Shown: positions 13,069 through 27,429, counted from the stretch's first letter. The stretch is 64,000 nucleotides of DNA from Rotaria socialis (GCA_905331295.1 CAJNYD010000035.1:186001-250000), one strand, 5' to 3'. Made by a program: numbers and translations. Notes: generated by a model not told the origin, from the letters alone.

Positions 13069-15023
13069 GATATAAATAATTTTAAAAGAAACAAACAAAC
13101 AATATCGATAATAATAATAATAATAAAATAAAATAAAATAAAAGACTAGACTTTAATGATAATCATTGTTTCTAAGGAAACTGTACGCGAATTCTATCAT
13201 GAGCATGAAAGAATTATTATTCTTTGTCTTCGATATCATCTAACAAAATAATAAAATCTTAAAATATCTTCTTTCATAAAAAAAAAGCGTATCATCTTCA
13301 TTGTGTCTAGTATATGTTGCTACGGATATATCAACGATTATCATGATTTCGAAGTCCTTTTTTTAAACTCATCTTAGAATCATTTTAAAATTCAAAACAA
13401 TATTTATAATCACCTAAAATTACATGTTTTTAAATAGATCGTTTTGAAATCGTTAGTGGTAAAGCTAAACAGTGGCATTAGAGTAATTAGTCCCATTCAC
13501 GAAGCTTGTAGCCATTCAGTAATATATTTTATTTCGCTAGTAGAGACTCAAAAATGAATAGCTGAAACTGAATATACTCCAACCCAAAATCCTGACTGTT
13601 AGTTGAAACAGTTTCAGCTAAAATTTAAATATTCATCTCTTGATGAATTACTTCTTTGTGAAAGAATAAAGAAGATGAAAACTATGATTTTTCTCAACTT
13701 GAATTTCATTCCATGAAAAACTTCAATAATTTATCTCAATTTCATATCATTGAAGAAAAATAACAAATTTCGATATACCATATTGCATCAAGTAATCACT
13801 AATAAATCATCAGTTAAAAGTACGGGAGAGATTTTCATATGAACTAAAAACTTGCTGAGATAATACCATTAATTCGTGAATTTTCTATTAGTTTTCTGAA
13901 AATTTCTACTATGAAACATTTCATGGTGTCTTACCAATTTATACTTATTTTCTATGCAGTTAAAATTTATTGTAATTAGATGAACTTGATCGGCGCACTA
14001 AATTTTATCATTATAAATAAAACAACAAATAAGAAGTTAACCTTACGAGTTGTTCTAAAGTCATTTGCATAAATATGTTCCATGAAATTTTTCTATTGAT
14101 TTAATCGGAGATAAAGCTTTGCTGTTACAATAATTAAATTAGTGTTTTTGTTTTATGTATTCATCACATCGTCGTACAATATAGAAAAATTACCTTAGTA
14201 ATGTATTCGGAGAAATTTTATTGTCTCAATTGATTATCTTTTGTTTTTCATTTTTTTCAACATTATTGATGAGATAAAAAGAGTCGATCTAATTCAATAT
14301 ATGAACGGCAATTTAAAAATTGTTTTTATATCGAAAGAGTATTAATGCAATATTGTTCTCATAAAAACTGTTCGCATACTAATATCATTCTATTATCCTG
14401 TAAAGAAATTCAGCGAATAGCATCAATCAATAGATTGGCAACGACTATTCTCTAGTCGTTGAGGAAATTGAAAAATTGTCTTAATTCTATTGTCAACAGG
14501 AAAAAAAATAAAAGGTGTATGTTTTTTTCCTTCTTCGTCAAGATTGATAAAAAAAATAAAAATTCATTTTTTATTTCCAATGAATATTCATGACAAAGAA
14601 CCAGTGATGGATTGAAAAGGAATAGATGCTGAGAGGACTGATTTCTATTCGCTTTCTAGCAAGAAAGATTAAAAAATAAGTCAATATGACTTCTCCTGAG
14701 TTTCAAGATACGTTTCACGATTCTGACTATCCCCCGTCATCTGCATCGAATCCCCATTGCCGCCTATCTCATAAAAATACCACGTTCACCACTACAAAAA
14801 TGTAAATTTCAAATACAACATTTTCTGTTTTTGTCATGATTTTATGATATTTCAACGGAAAAGAAGAAAAACAGTTTTAAAATGAATTATAAAGTCGCAA
14901 CAATGATTCACTTGAGATTAGTATAAGCCTACGCAATACGAAAGGGTGATCTAAATCCCAATAGCATATAATAAATCGTTACTTTCATTCTAACCATTCA
15001 TTCAGTAGTTTTTCATTGACATA

Positions 15024-15369
15024 ATGCGTCTATCAACACTGTGCTTTACTCTTGTGTCTCTGTTTATTATTTTCTTAACAACAAATGCCACACAGGATAT
15101 TCGACAACGTTTTGAAGGTCTGATTGACAAATCTGTTCAAGTTGCTTGGAGGCAAATTGACCGAGAAGGTTTCAATTTTTATTTTTGAATCACTATTTTT
15201 TACAGCTAACTTTAATTTGTCTCTTACTTTAGCACCCGGACGGCCAATAGAAATAATGCGAGACAGTTCTCCACAAGCAAACAAACCAATAACTCCAGGT
15301 TATGTTCGTGTCATACTTAGTGACAAAACTGGTCGCGTACTTTATACACCTATTTTACAAACCAATTAA
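15024..15369 (+). CDS. Small secreted protein, eglin c / potato inhibitor I (I13)-like, 93 aa; exons 15024-15168 and 15233-15369
   Basis: MRLSTLCFTLVSLFIIFLTTNA (signal peptide) followed by TQDIRQRFEGLIDKSVQVAWRQIDREAPGRPIEIMRDSSPQANKPITPGYVRVILSDKTGRVLYTPILQTN. Spacing matches the eglin c pattern (F.E..GK.V..A.......P...S.P...VRV.....V...P). Intron is 64 nt, GT-AG. Confidence 0.7.
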
Positions 15370-17521
15370 TCAAATTTTTCCTATTGACTATTGAATCCGT
15401 TTTATTTTTATGTTAAACAAACTACAATATAATACTGAATATATATATATATATTGTCTTCGAACTATATTGAATATATTGAAAACAACTTCAGAGAATC
15501 TTCAAACTTGATGATGAACATTTTAATAATCATCAATAGTGAGTACATTCAATGTGAAGTATTTCTCTTATTCACAATTGATATCTCATTCATAATAAAA
15601 GAAAGAAAGTTGAATCTACAAGATGATTATCATGAGAATGTTGAATATCAAAACAAAAAAGAAAACACTTCACAATTAAAGAGGCATCTTACATTGTTGC
15701 CATAACACGAACAAATGTATATTAAAGAAAAGATCTATATACATTTTAGTGAATGATAAATATTGATGAAGTACAATATTTTTATAAAAGAGAATCGTTA
15801 GAAATAAAAGAATAATATTCATATTCAACAAAATGTAGTAATTAGCTTCTCCTAAACTAGTATGTTTTATTTAAAATTTAGTGTTATTGTACAATGTCAA
15901 TTTGAAATACATGCATGTATATTATACGTATGCAAACACATATGTTCATAATTTTTAACTTTCAAAGTAAAACATAGTATCTACAATAAACAATTCGTGA
16001 CTTTTATATATGATGTTCTGCATCAAATTTTTATAGTAGGTTTGCCAACAAACACGCCTCAATAATTTTCTTTCTGCCGTGATTGTTCTTGTCAGTTATG
16101 TTATTGCATGATCGAGTAGTTCGAAAACAACATGTTTGTTTAGTGAAGAAAAAGAAGACATAGACATTCAACAAACGCTTACTCACTTATCCTTTCATTC
16201 ACTAACGACAAAAGAGCAATGCGTTGTCGTTAACATTCATCTTTGATTTACTTGTTGCAAATATTAAATGTTGTCATCTTGAGTGTGTGTTGTATTTTGC
16301 TTTTACTATTGTTACTTATTTTACCATGTTGATTGTTTAGTTGAAAGAAAAAAAAAAAGAATACAACTAACAGAATAAGAAGGCCGCTTCTAATACAACT
16401 ATTTATTGTGTGGCATCTTTATTTGTCTACAATCGACGCAAAAATATAATGTCAATAATTTACATGCACATTAATAGCTAAAAGAATGTTTTATCATATC
16501 AAATGAAATTAAATTTTTCCAATCTTCGATAATAGCAAACAAATGTGTATAGTCACCAAATTATTCATACATGTCAACATATATAGATTAAAACAAAATA
16601 GTGAAACAATATTTGAAGTGTCATCTTAACGAGAGCTATAACGAATCACAGTCTTCTACTTATCCCTCTTTTGCCTAGAGTATATGTATATATTTATCTG
16701 TGTCATATCAGATTACACTATATCTTTTTTGTATTCTTATATATTTTGATTCGTATTCAACACTATTAACATTACAAACATCATAGAAACAGGAAAAAAA
16801 AGAAATATCTTTTATAAAAACATTATGTTTTCTCTCTTGTCTTAATAAACTCTATTGAACAAATCATGCAACCATTGTTATTATTAAGATATCGGTTTTT
16901 CTCTTCTTTTCTTTTCTAAAATCAATTAAACGCTTTAGGATCACTTAACACAAGTTATATCACCTTTTAAGAAACGATAAACTTCGTTTTTTTCCTTTGG
17001 GTGAAAATATTTTTTCAAGAAACTCAATTTTTAATTGAACAAAAGAGAAGCTGTACAAGAAGAAGAAAAAAGAAAGCAAAATTGGTAAAAGAAGTGCATG
17101 TGTACATTGTATGATACGAAGAAAGTTAAAATAACAATAGAGGTTTGGTTTAGTAGTAATGCTTATGATGAAACATAGGTGTTTTATTAAAAATACACAT
17201 ACGACGAGTAGTAAAACGAGAAAAGAAAAGAGAGAAGAACATTGATTGCTTTATTGAAAGAAGAGAGAAAGCATCGTATTGGTTTATTTCTTTTTTTCTT
17301 GTTCGTATAAGATCAATTGATTGGAATCGCATCGGCAAAAGAAGACGGGAAGCAAAGAAAAACAATCATCACCCGACCAGTCAACATTTTCTTTCCATTT
17401 TCTTCTGTTTCTCTTCTCTCTTCGTTTCTTTTCTTTTTGCTTTTTTTACACATATACAAAATACATCGACTTCCATAATCATTCATAAACTCAGAATTAT
17501 TTTATTATTAGAAGAATCAAA

Positions 17522-18648
17522 ATGATTTCATCCCCATCACATCATCTACAACAAGCTTATTTAGCCGCAACAGCTGCTGCTTTAGGTGCGCCACATCTAT
17601 TCTATGCAGCTACTGGTAATCCAACAAATCCTAGATTAACAAATGAACAATTATCACCTGAATCTTATGCACTATTAACAAATTATCTATTACGTTCACA
17701 ATCACCATCTGATAGACGCGAACAACATCAAAAACCACCGTAGTAAGAAATTTTTAATATTCATTCATTTATTTATTTATTTATTTGAATTTTTCGTTTT
17801 GTCTCTTTTTTTCCGTCTATTAGTTCATATATTGCGTTAATAGCAATGGCTATTAAACATGCACCACAAAATAAAATAACACTTAATGGTATTTATCAGT
17901 TTATAATGGAACGTTTTCCGTATTACCATGAGAATAAACAAGGGTGGCAAAATTCGATTCGTCATAATTTATCATTAAATGATTGTTTTATTAAAGTGCC
18001 GAGAGAAAAAGGTAACATTTACTTTCTTTCTCTTCTTATTTAATAAAAGAAAAAACAAACAAATTTTCTTCAGGTAAACCAGGCAAAGGTAGTTATTGGA
18101 CATTAGATACGAAATGTGACGAAATGTTTGAAAATGGAAATTATCGTCGACGTAAACGACGACCAAAACAACTTATGTCAGCAGTTCAAAAACCTTCATC
18201 GACTTCATCATCCATTCCATTGGATGATTCATCTTTATCATCATCAGAATCAAATCATAATTCATTGTTAATATCATCAAATAACGATGATGATGATATA
18301 AATCACACGACAAATTATGATCAATATTCTTTTCTTAAAATTGAATCATCAAACCACAAGAAACGACATCGTTCACCAACACCTGAAATGAATAATAATA
18401 ACAATAATAATAAAAAAATAAAAACAGTTTCAGCATTTTCATCTATCGATACATTGATTGCACCAACGAAAGAAACAAAATCTGTTGATTTATCGTTATC
18501 TCCTTGTCGATATAATAATAATAACATCAACAACAATAACAATAATAATAATCCATATTTATCATCAATTTCTCATCAATATTTATCCTTATTATCAAAT
18601 GGTTTTGGTCTTAATCCACCATATAATCGACATTCTACAGCCAAATAG
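17522..18648 (+). CDS. FoxL1: Forkhead transcription factor FoxL1; exons 17522-17742, 17824-18011, 18074-18648
   Basis: Spliced domain [94 protein letters not shown] has FoxL1-type residues. C-terminal eh1-like FSSIDTLI. Confidence 0.9.
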
Positions 18649-18751
18649 AAATTAAAAGAAACATAACAAAAATAAATATTCGGACTTGTGTTTTTTTTTT
18701 GTTTTGTTTTCTCATTCCAAAAAAATGTCTTGTGTCGATTCAGTGTTTTTC

Positions 18752-18860
18752 TTTTTCCTTCGTCAATTTTTTTTTCGTCTCGTTTTTAGGCTTCCTTATT
18801 GCATACATATGGCAAAGTGAAATTGACTTTCTAATATCATTTCAACTAGCTAAAAAAACN

Positions 18861-18893
<33 letters not shown>

Positions 18894-19579
18894 TAAATAA
18901 CAACGATATGTATCTGTCTATATGGAAATAATCAATATTCTGTTCATATAAAATAATAAGTGTCACCTATTTGAAGACATAATAATGATGATTATTGTTT
19001 ATGACCGAATATAAACAAACAATAGTTAGAAAAGCACAAACCACTTGCTTTACCCTGATAAGCTTCATGGTGTGCGTGTCGATGTGCAATTCGATAATTT
19101 CTTTTTCAACAGCATTATGTGATTTGTATCTTGTTTTGCCTATTTTCATATACATTAGTAGAGCATCATATAAACATACATTATGTCCTCGGGCTTGTTT
19201 TCTTATTCCTCTATCATGATAATTCTCATCAGATATGGAATGTTGTATAAAATAGTATGATGTAATTGACTAGATTTCAATGTTTTCATAAAGATCATTT
19301 ACTTTTAAACCAATCAAATTTATATCCGATAAATAGATGTAAAGCAAAAATGAATTTTTTTCTTATTTTTTCTGATGATCATCATCATTGTGAATAATTA
19401 ATGATGAAACATACGCGTGCCGTATAGTAATTCTTTTTTTTTCTAGAGGGCTTTTTATATATTAGTGTTATTCTACAATGAATTCTTGAGGAAACAAAAT
19501 ATAAATATGTGTATGTGTGGACACATCAAACACATCACTTGGCTATAACTACTGTAATACTACATTGTCTAAACTTCTC

Positions 19580-19612
<33 letters not shown>

Positions 19613-19881
19613 GTGCGGTACATCTTCTAGCAACTGCCTGAAGCAAGACAAACAATCGGAATAGTTTGTTTGTCTAAAGTATTCATTTCGTGTCTATATT
19701 AAGATATGTGACGATAGTTTGTAGTTGAAAAAAAAATTAACTTTCTCTGTGCGACTTCCCGTTGTTCGTTTGTGTTTTTTTAGCTAGTTGAAATGATATT
19801 AGAAAGTCAATTTCACTTTGCCATATGTATGCAATAAGGAAGCCTAAAAACGAGACGAAAAAAAAATTGACGAAGGAAAAA
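18752..19881. repeat. 108-bp perfect inverted repeat (18752-18859 vs 19774-19881); left arm ends at the N gap
   Basis: Direct reverse-complement identity of the two arms; N at 18860 followed by poly-T. Confidence 0.9.
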
Positions 19882-22176
19882 AACGATTCTTTTTTTCTTT
19901 ATTATGCTTTTAGTAACAAGATATTTGGAATTAAAGAATAATAATAATAATAATGATGATTTAACATCAACTATTTCTCGAATATATATATATATATATA
20001 AGATATGTTATTATTCATGAATAGCAAATATATACATTTGTATATGCTTGTACAACAATAGAAAGAAGAGACACATAGACATTCAAAACTCATTTTCTAA
20101 TTACATATACACAATATATGAAATGCTGAAGATCACAGTCTCCGTCGTTGTTCTTTCTAAGATAAACATAAATATACATACACACACATAGTGCCGTGTA
20201 AATCTCGTACATAAATAAACGACCATTAAAGGACAACAACGAAGAGAGCGCACAAAAAGAATAAAAGTATTCATACCGCCATCCACACTGCGCATCTCTT
20301 CATTTTTGACACCTTTAAGAAATGTATATTTTTTCATTGACTATAAATACACCTGTAAAAACTTTAACTACAAAAAACAATAATAAAGTTCATTTTGTTC
20401 GTTGAAATCTATTTGTTTAATAATTAAAGTAATTGCAATATGCTGAAAATTAAATATCTAGGGTTCTTATCATATTTATAGAAATAAATGCCATCATCTA
20501 TTATTGTGTCTGTGTGTGTGTGTGTATATATAAATATATGTTCCAATCAGAGTGCAGAAATAATGTTGACACGAGACAGAGAAGAGTACATTGAAAGAGG
20601 ATGACAGGAAAGTGATCAAACAGTATGCGGCCCGCTTTTGATATCTTTTTTTGTCTATGTGGTGTTTCTATTTGGTTGTTGTTTTAACTAAAATGTGCAC
20701 TTGTGGTGCTCATCATCATTCAATACAGATGATGATAAATTTACTTATTTTATACATAGTCGTCAAAGGAAAGGGTGCATATGAAAAAAATAATAAGCTA
20801 CATATGAGATTTATTTTTATTTAGAAAACAAGAATCAATCATAGTTCTCTCTCTTTTCTTGAAAGTTAAGAAAACATGTTCGGATGTATATATTTTTTTT
20901 CTTTACATCGTGAAAGTGACGACTATGATACGTCGATAGACAATTAGTTTTACAATAAAATGGTCTCATATATTTTATATTATATTGTTGTTATTTCAAG
21001 AAATAGTTCATGTTCTTTTTTACTCTGTATTATGAAGAAAATTATGCAGATGTTTGCCACTAGTCGGTTAAAATTATTCTTTCTCACTCCGGTCATAAAT
21101 AGCAAGCGGAACTAAATATATGACTGTGAGGTGATAAACATACTGAAAATTTAATTGAGTTATGATAAAAATGAACTTGAGGCTTCTAGTACAATAACTT
21201 TTAGTTGAGTAAAAACTTTTTATGTTTGTCTTGATTGAAATCAACAAATGTTAGTGTATTATAATATTATAAAAAGAAAGGAAATGTCTTATATAAACAT
21301 TTGCATTCCAAGAAATGGGTAATTGAATATTGCTCTAGCTATTTTCATTTGTATAGGAAACTATTGCCATTCCATTGTTTTATTTGATATACATAAGTGT
21401 GTGAAGAGTTGCATACAAAACATTAACGTTTGTAAATATCTTGACAAGCTGAAATGTCCTTATTTCTTTGCACTTATTTCGTGGCAGACCTTTGTAGATC
21501 GTCGTGCGTCTCAAATTCGATTTGATTTTCTCTTAATACAGACATAGCAATGCGAAAATCGACAGAATGATATCATTTTACGTGTAGCATATTTTTCGAA
21601 AATAGAAAAATAAAACTGATTATCTCATAGACAAATGGATACATTCAGTAATCCGACTGAATAGATTGAAAACAAATTTATTATTCGAAAAAATCTTATT
21701 TTCTACAAAATTTGTATATGAACATCTGAGAAAATCTGTTACAATCATATTTGATAACAATTATTTTGTAGTTTCTAGCGCGGAAAAATACCGATTGATT
21801 GAAATAACTCTATCATGACACGATGTAAAACAATAACTCATTTGATATAACAAAAAAGTGTTGGATCTTATTCCAAAAAGATAATGAAAGTAAATCTTAT
21901 TTTAATAGAATGTTCAATTATATTCGATTTAGATTGTTTAGATTAGTTCATAGTGAAAGTTTGAAATAAAATAGTGCTGTATTAGATTTGAAAATGTTCT
22001 CTAATATAAAAAAAACGAGTATAGCATTATCAATCAATATCCTATGATATGTATGAACATTGATTAATTAAAAAACAATGTTTTGTTTTTTAGTATAAAA
22101 CTACAACTACATAAAAAGGAACTGCAGACAATAAAATTTAATAAAACTCTTAAAAAAATGTACCTATTTCTTCTTT

Positions 22177-23030
22177 TTATCTAATATGAATATAGATCAA
22201 TTGTTGACAAGCATTTTGACTATTGTTTGTAAGTATTTCGAACCAATTATGATATTTATGTTCAATATCATCATTTATATTTCGTTTTCCAAATATATGT
22301 ATATCATGTGCATAGGAAAATCTCATACGTCGTCAACGCTTGGTATCTGATGTTAATGTTAATATAACAGCATGAATATTTTCACCATTTAATAGAAGAT
22401 CATTTATAAATTGTTCAATTTTTTCTTTCATACCAAAAATGAACATGAGTAAAACAAAAATTATTGTAAATGGAATTATATGTTTTAAATGGAAACCAGT
22501 AGGATTTACAATTATTATGATATATTTGAAAATATCGCCCAAATCAATGATCGGATTGTGACGATTGATTATCCCATGCAAATGAATGATAAATATAATC
22601 AAGATTATTTTTATATGCCTAATCAAAAAAGTCTTTATGAATTGGTTCTAAAAGGTAACCATCATCATCTAATCTCATAATACAAGTATAATTATTTTTG
22701 ATTAATGGATGATGGAATACTGTATGCAACCAAAATTGACATATAAAAGGATAGCCTATTGAACGCTGATTGTTAGTTGGAATTTCACGATTAATTATGC
22801 CAATGGTTTGACTAGGATTTTTCATTACTATAAATAAAACAATATTTTGAAATATTAATGCTAGTCGAAGACATGATTTTATATATTCTATAGTCGAATT
22901 TCGTATGTCAGTACCATGAGAATCATAGAAAATAATAACTGGATATTTATGAAATGATTGAGGATAAAAATATTCTATTGAATGTAACATATTAAATGCT
23001 CGTTCGAGAATAATATCATTACATTTAATT
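22177..23030 (-). pseudogene. GT15 (KRE2/MNT1-type alpha-1,2-mannosyltransferase)-like pseudogene
   Basis: YPVIIFYD, SIGYPFICQFW..VFHHPLI..YTCIMRLDDD, LDYIY, IYNNF and HFW echo GT15 motifs. In-frame stops at 22621-22619 (TAG) and 22546-22544 (TGA), a frameshift near 22420, and another TGA at 22335-22333. Confidence 0.7.
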
Positions 23031-23499
23031 ATCTAATATTATTTTTAAACGATAACACAATGTGAATAACAGACTAGATGTCATGAAGCATGGAAAATGG
23101 ATAAGGCAGCTTTCAAAAACCAAAAAAGATATACAATATAAGAATTGATGACAAATAATTTCAGTTATTTATTTTATTATTTCTTGATGATATAAAATTC
23201 TGATGAAATCAAGAAATTTGCCAAAAAAATTTACTGTTCTCTTACTGAATCAGAAATATTATTTTGGTATATTTTGTGGTATTCATGATAAACTAATAGG
23301 AATCAAGTAATCTAACAGATCAATTGTATCTCTGTTTCTGTAAAAGATACAAAAAAGCTGTTGGCGCAATCCCTGTGGGATTAAAATGGGAAACACGATG
23401 AAACTCCTTTTCTGGAATCCGTCAATCACGGTCAGTGATGGTCTGTGAAGCTTCTCTGTTACGGCCTGTATGATGATGTATGGAGTCGCTAGAAACCAT

Positions 23500-23563
23500 C
23501 ACAGATCGTTACAGAGAAAATAAATAAATAAATAATTAATTAATTTCTTTGTAACGATCTGTG
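23500..23563. repeat. 20-bp inverted repeat hairpin (1 mismatch) in a GC-richer probable transposon remnant
   Basis: cacagatcgttacagagaaa (23500-23519) vs tttctttgtaacgatctgtg (23544-23563) around an AT-only loop. Confidence 0.7.
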
Positions 23564-24205
23564 GGGGTGGGCGGGGGGATGGGTTCAAATTTCTACCCTA
23601 TATACTTCAACACTCCTTTCAGATCGCGTTTCACAAAATCTAGGTTGAAGGAAGAAAAAACCAGAAAAAATTCCATAATTGATGATTTTAATGTGTTAGT
23701 GATTCTAGAAACATAGATACTGATAGCCTAGTCTACAATTTTCTTTTAGTCACAATATCACGATGGATATACATCGAAGGAGTAACACTCTTAAAATTTT
23801 ATTTCTATTGCCATTTCACTACTACTTTTAAAAACAAAAACTGTAAAAAAAGAATGGCTATTACTACTATTTTGTACATGTGATCTGCAAACAACGTACA
23901 GTGTTGATCCTATTTTAAGATAAGAAAGTAGTTTTCTGTGCTTTTATTAGTCTTCTTAATTAGCGAATAGTTCCTAAGTAAACGTATTGGATCTTCACGT
24001 GTTAAAGTAACAATAGTTGCTCGAAGTGAGCGATTTTGATGATCACTTTTTAAACTCTGCTCAGATTTAAATCATAATAATAAATGATAAATATACAAAT
24101 AGGAAATTTAAAAAAATGTCCCCACGTTTCTCGTTTCGTTCTTTAGCATAAAGAGACAACAAAAAAGATGAAATTTGATGGTTTCTCTTTCTTTCTTCAA
24201 ATTGT

Positions 24206-26945
24206 TTAAAAAAGAACACAATTATTAGTTGATTCAATAGGCCGAACAAATATATTCGAGTAGTCATTTTGTTTATGGCTATCAACAACAAAGTAAATAT
24301 GACGATTATTTAAATAATTTTCTTGTTGATTAGCGACAATGTTTATTTCAAGTTGATCGGAATGTATAATCAAACGATTATTATTTGTTATAATTGCATT
24401 GTGTAGTAATGGAACAATAAAAATATGATGATTTACAAGACATATCTCACCAATAAGTATATTACATAATTTAACTATACCATATTCAGATGAATAATCT
24501 AGATGATGAACGTATTTTGTCCACATAAGTCCATCTAATAGATATTTCATAGCAGGAGCATAGTAGGAAAGAGTCGCAGTTTTTATTGAGTTACTTTCGT
24601 TTGGTAAAATAACTAAAATGGGTGATATATGTATAAGAACTATTCTAGCGAAAAAGAAAGGCTACATACGAAATTTTGATCCTTTTTGATGAATTTGTTT
24701 AGCAAAAAGACTAAAATGATGATAAGATTGAATAATTGATTCTGTAAAGAAAGATTCGATTTGTGCACTATCATGCGGCTCTGGTTTAATTGTTGAGGAA
24801 TTTAAACCATGTTTTAGTAATGTATGTAATATTTTTCCATTATAAGAACGTTTCCATACATCTGGATCTTCTCCTCCAAGGTCACAAAGTATAGCTGTTA
24901 AAAGTTGTATTGAAGCGAGTTCATAAACACGTCCTTTTGATGGATTATTACATTCAGTTAATAAACGTCGAATAAAGACTTGGTAATATTCAATACTTGA
25001 TTTTAAATTTAAATTCATTGCAAATGTTCCATGCTTAAGAAAAAAAGACGATCAGGAACAGAAATGAATCTTTCCTCTGATCAAAGATTTATTTGATTAT
25101 CTTACTAACGAAACACTCAGCATCAGATAACGAAGAAGACCATCATTATAACTACAATACCAATTATTATCGTACCATTCTTTTGCGTATTCAGTTTTTA
25201 ATGTTGTTAAACGAGCAAGAGCATCATTTAAGTGTACTTGATTATCATTAAAATTAAGACTAACAAATAGACAACATATGTAATAGATTTTATTTCAAGT
25301 TTTTTTTCTTGATGGTATCAACTACCAAAATTCGGAAAAAGCATTTCGTAGAGCTGACAGTTGTTTTCTATTAAATAAATATTACTAGACTCAGAGATGT
25401 TCACAAAACTACTTTGGTTCGCATGTACAGAAAAGTAAGTTACTACGAATCAATTGTCTAGTTTCTGTTCGATGGTTTTAGAACGAGATTATATTCAATG
25501 GAGGGCATAGTTCTTTATTAAAACACCATATTCTTTACTTTCATAAGATCTACAGAAAATCCTACAGTATCTTACGTGACAACAATATTATTTTTTTTAT
25601 TAAAAAAATGAGCGAATTCTTTAGCATTCAGTAATTTGAATGGAATATTAAAAGTCTGCTTTTGAAGGTCAAGATTTTTTCATGATTCCACTCGAGTTGT
25701 TTCGTTTAAATGTTTTATTAAGATTGTTACTGGCTATCACTATTAAGAGGAAAATTTTGAATTAAAGCTGTTCTGAAAATTTACTCATTAAATTAGTGCA
25801 ATCAATAAATTATTTAGTCCTAATAATGCAAAGTATTTAATAGTATTTTAAATTTTGCATCGTGTTCAAAGTGATCAATCGAAAAAAAAATTGATTCTGT
25901 GGTGTATAAAATTAACAAACTGCTAAATGGATCGAAAAAGTTCGACTTGGATATACAACCGACAAGAAACTGCTCCATTAACCTATATCGAAAAACACAT
26001 ATGTAGTTTTTGTATGAAGATTTGTATCAACAAAACTTCGAATTAAAATGTTTGATAAAACAAATGATTTTTTCGCTCGTTTCTAACACGAAGAAAATGT
26101 ATTACTGAAAGACTTAGAATTTTAAAGTGCATTCTAGCTAAAATTTTACATAGCACAACATAAAGAATTGGATAATTCAATATGAAGTCGTTGAACATCT
26201 GTTGGTGGTAAATAATTAGCATATTTATCAGCTTGATTTGCTCCTTGAATAAATGATGAAAACTTATGACGAAAATCAAGTTTTTCCATATGTATATGAT
26301 ATTCTTTATGTTTAGCTGCGAGCCACTCACGAATAAGTAATGCTGTAGCATAACTCTAAAAGACTGAATCAGTTAGTCATCATTCATAACTCTACTTTAT
26401 GTTTTACTACATACAAATTGTCCAAGACAAATATTATCTTTGAAAAATTCAAAATCATCCTCATAATGTCGCTCTTTTAATTGGTAGTCAGGTATCCAAT
26501 CTTGATGCCAAACAAATTTTCTTTGTAAAAAATTTTCATTTGAATGATATTGAATAAAAATACGCGAATGAAAATCATTTTTTATTATTTGAGATAAATT
26601 TGGATCTATTTGTAAATCAATTGTTTTAGGATATTTATATATTTCTCCAACATCTTTATTGATATAATAGAATTCTTTATCTGTTGATTCCAAATCAAAC
26701 AATAAACAATAATCGTTTAGATGAAAATCTGGCCAAATATAATGAACGTCTTTCCATATCAACCATACTAGTCGAGCAATACGTATAGCATAATCATCTT
26801 TTGTTATAGAAGAATTTTTCCATATATGCACTGGAACTATTGGTTTAAGGATATCAAGTTCAGCTTCGATTGGAACATTTGGATGTTGTTTTAATTTATT
26901 ACGAAGTTCATGGATAAAACTAGATGAAACTGCTTGTAAATTCAT
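24206..26945 (-). CDS. Uncharacterised 553-aa protein, possibly a degenerate bacterial-type zinc peptidase; exons 26945-26415, 26355-26150, 25259-25106, 25033-24670, 24612-24206
   Basis: Five exons join with canonical GT-AG introns into 1662 nt with no stop. Motifs IWPDF, LLIREWLAAKH, NDGLLRYL and GRVYELA..LLTAILCDLG..PDVWK. Confidence 0.75.
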
Positions 26946-27429
26946 GAAAATTTTATGAATAAATATTTTTCTTTTTAGTTAAGCGCTCAAATTCTACATT
27001 TGCTTCATTAACTTTAGACTTGAGCAAAATCTTATAACTAGGAAAAATTCGATGAAGAAATTGACGATTGCTAATATTTATAGAGTGCTTGATTGTAATA
27101 AAAATATATCAATGTTAGATTTAGTAGAAATGCCATATCTAATCAAATGCTAGCTCGATTCTATATTTTCAAACCATGAACTAATGAAACGATATAAAAT
27201 AGTACTGTTTAATCCCCTGATTAGAATTGTTAAGCACCTGAAAACTTGAAAAAAAAACTCAAAGTCAAATAGTGCATCTTGAAAAGGATTTACTTTCCTT
27301 ATAAGTATTTTATTTTTAAATGCATACTTTCTTCTATACTAATCAGATTTGAAGGCCACTTTTTAACTTCTCTAGTGTTGAAATCACCTTCGTACTTGAA
27401 TCATTGATGTTTCAAGGTTTTGTTTTGTT

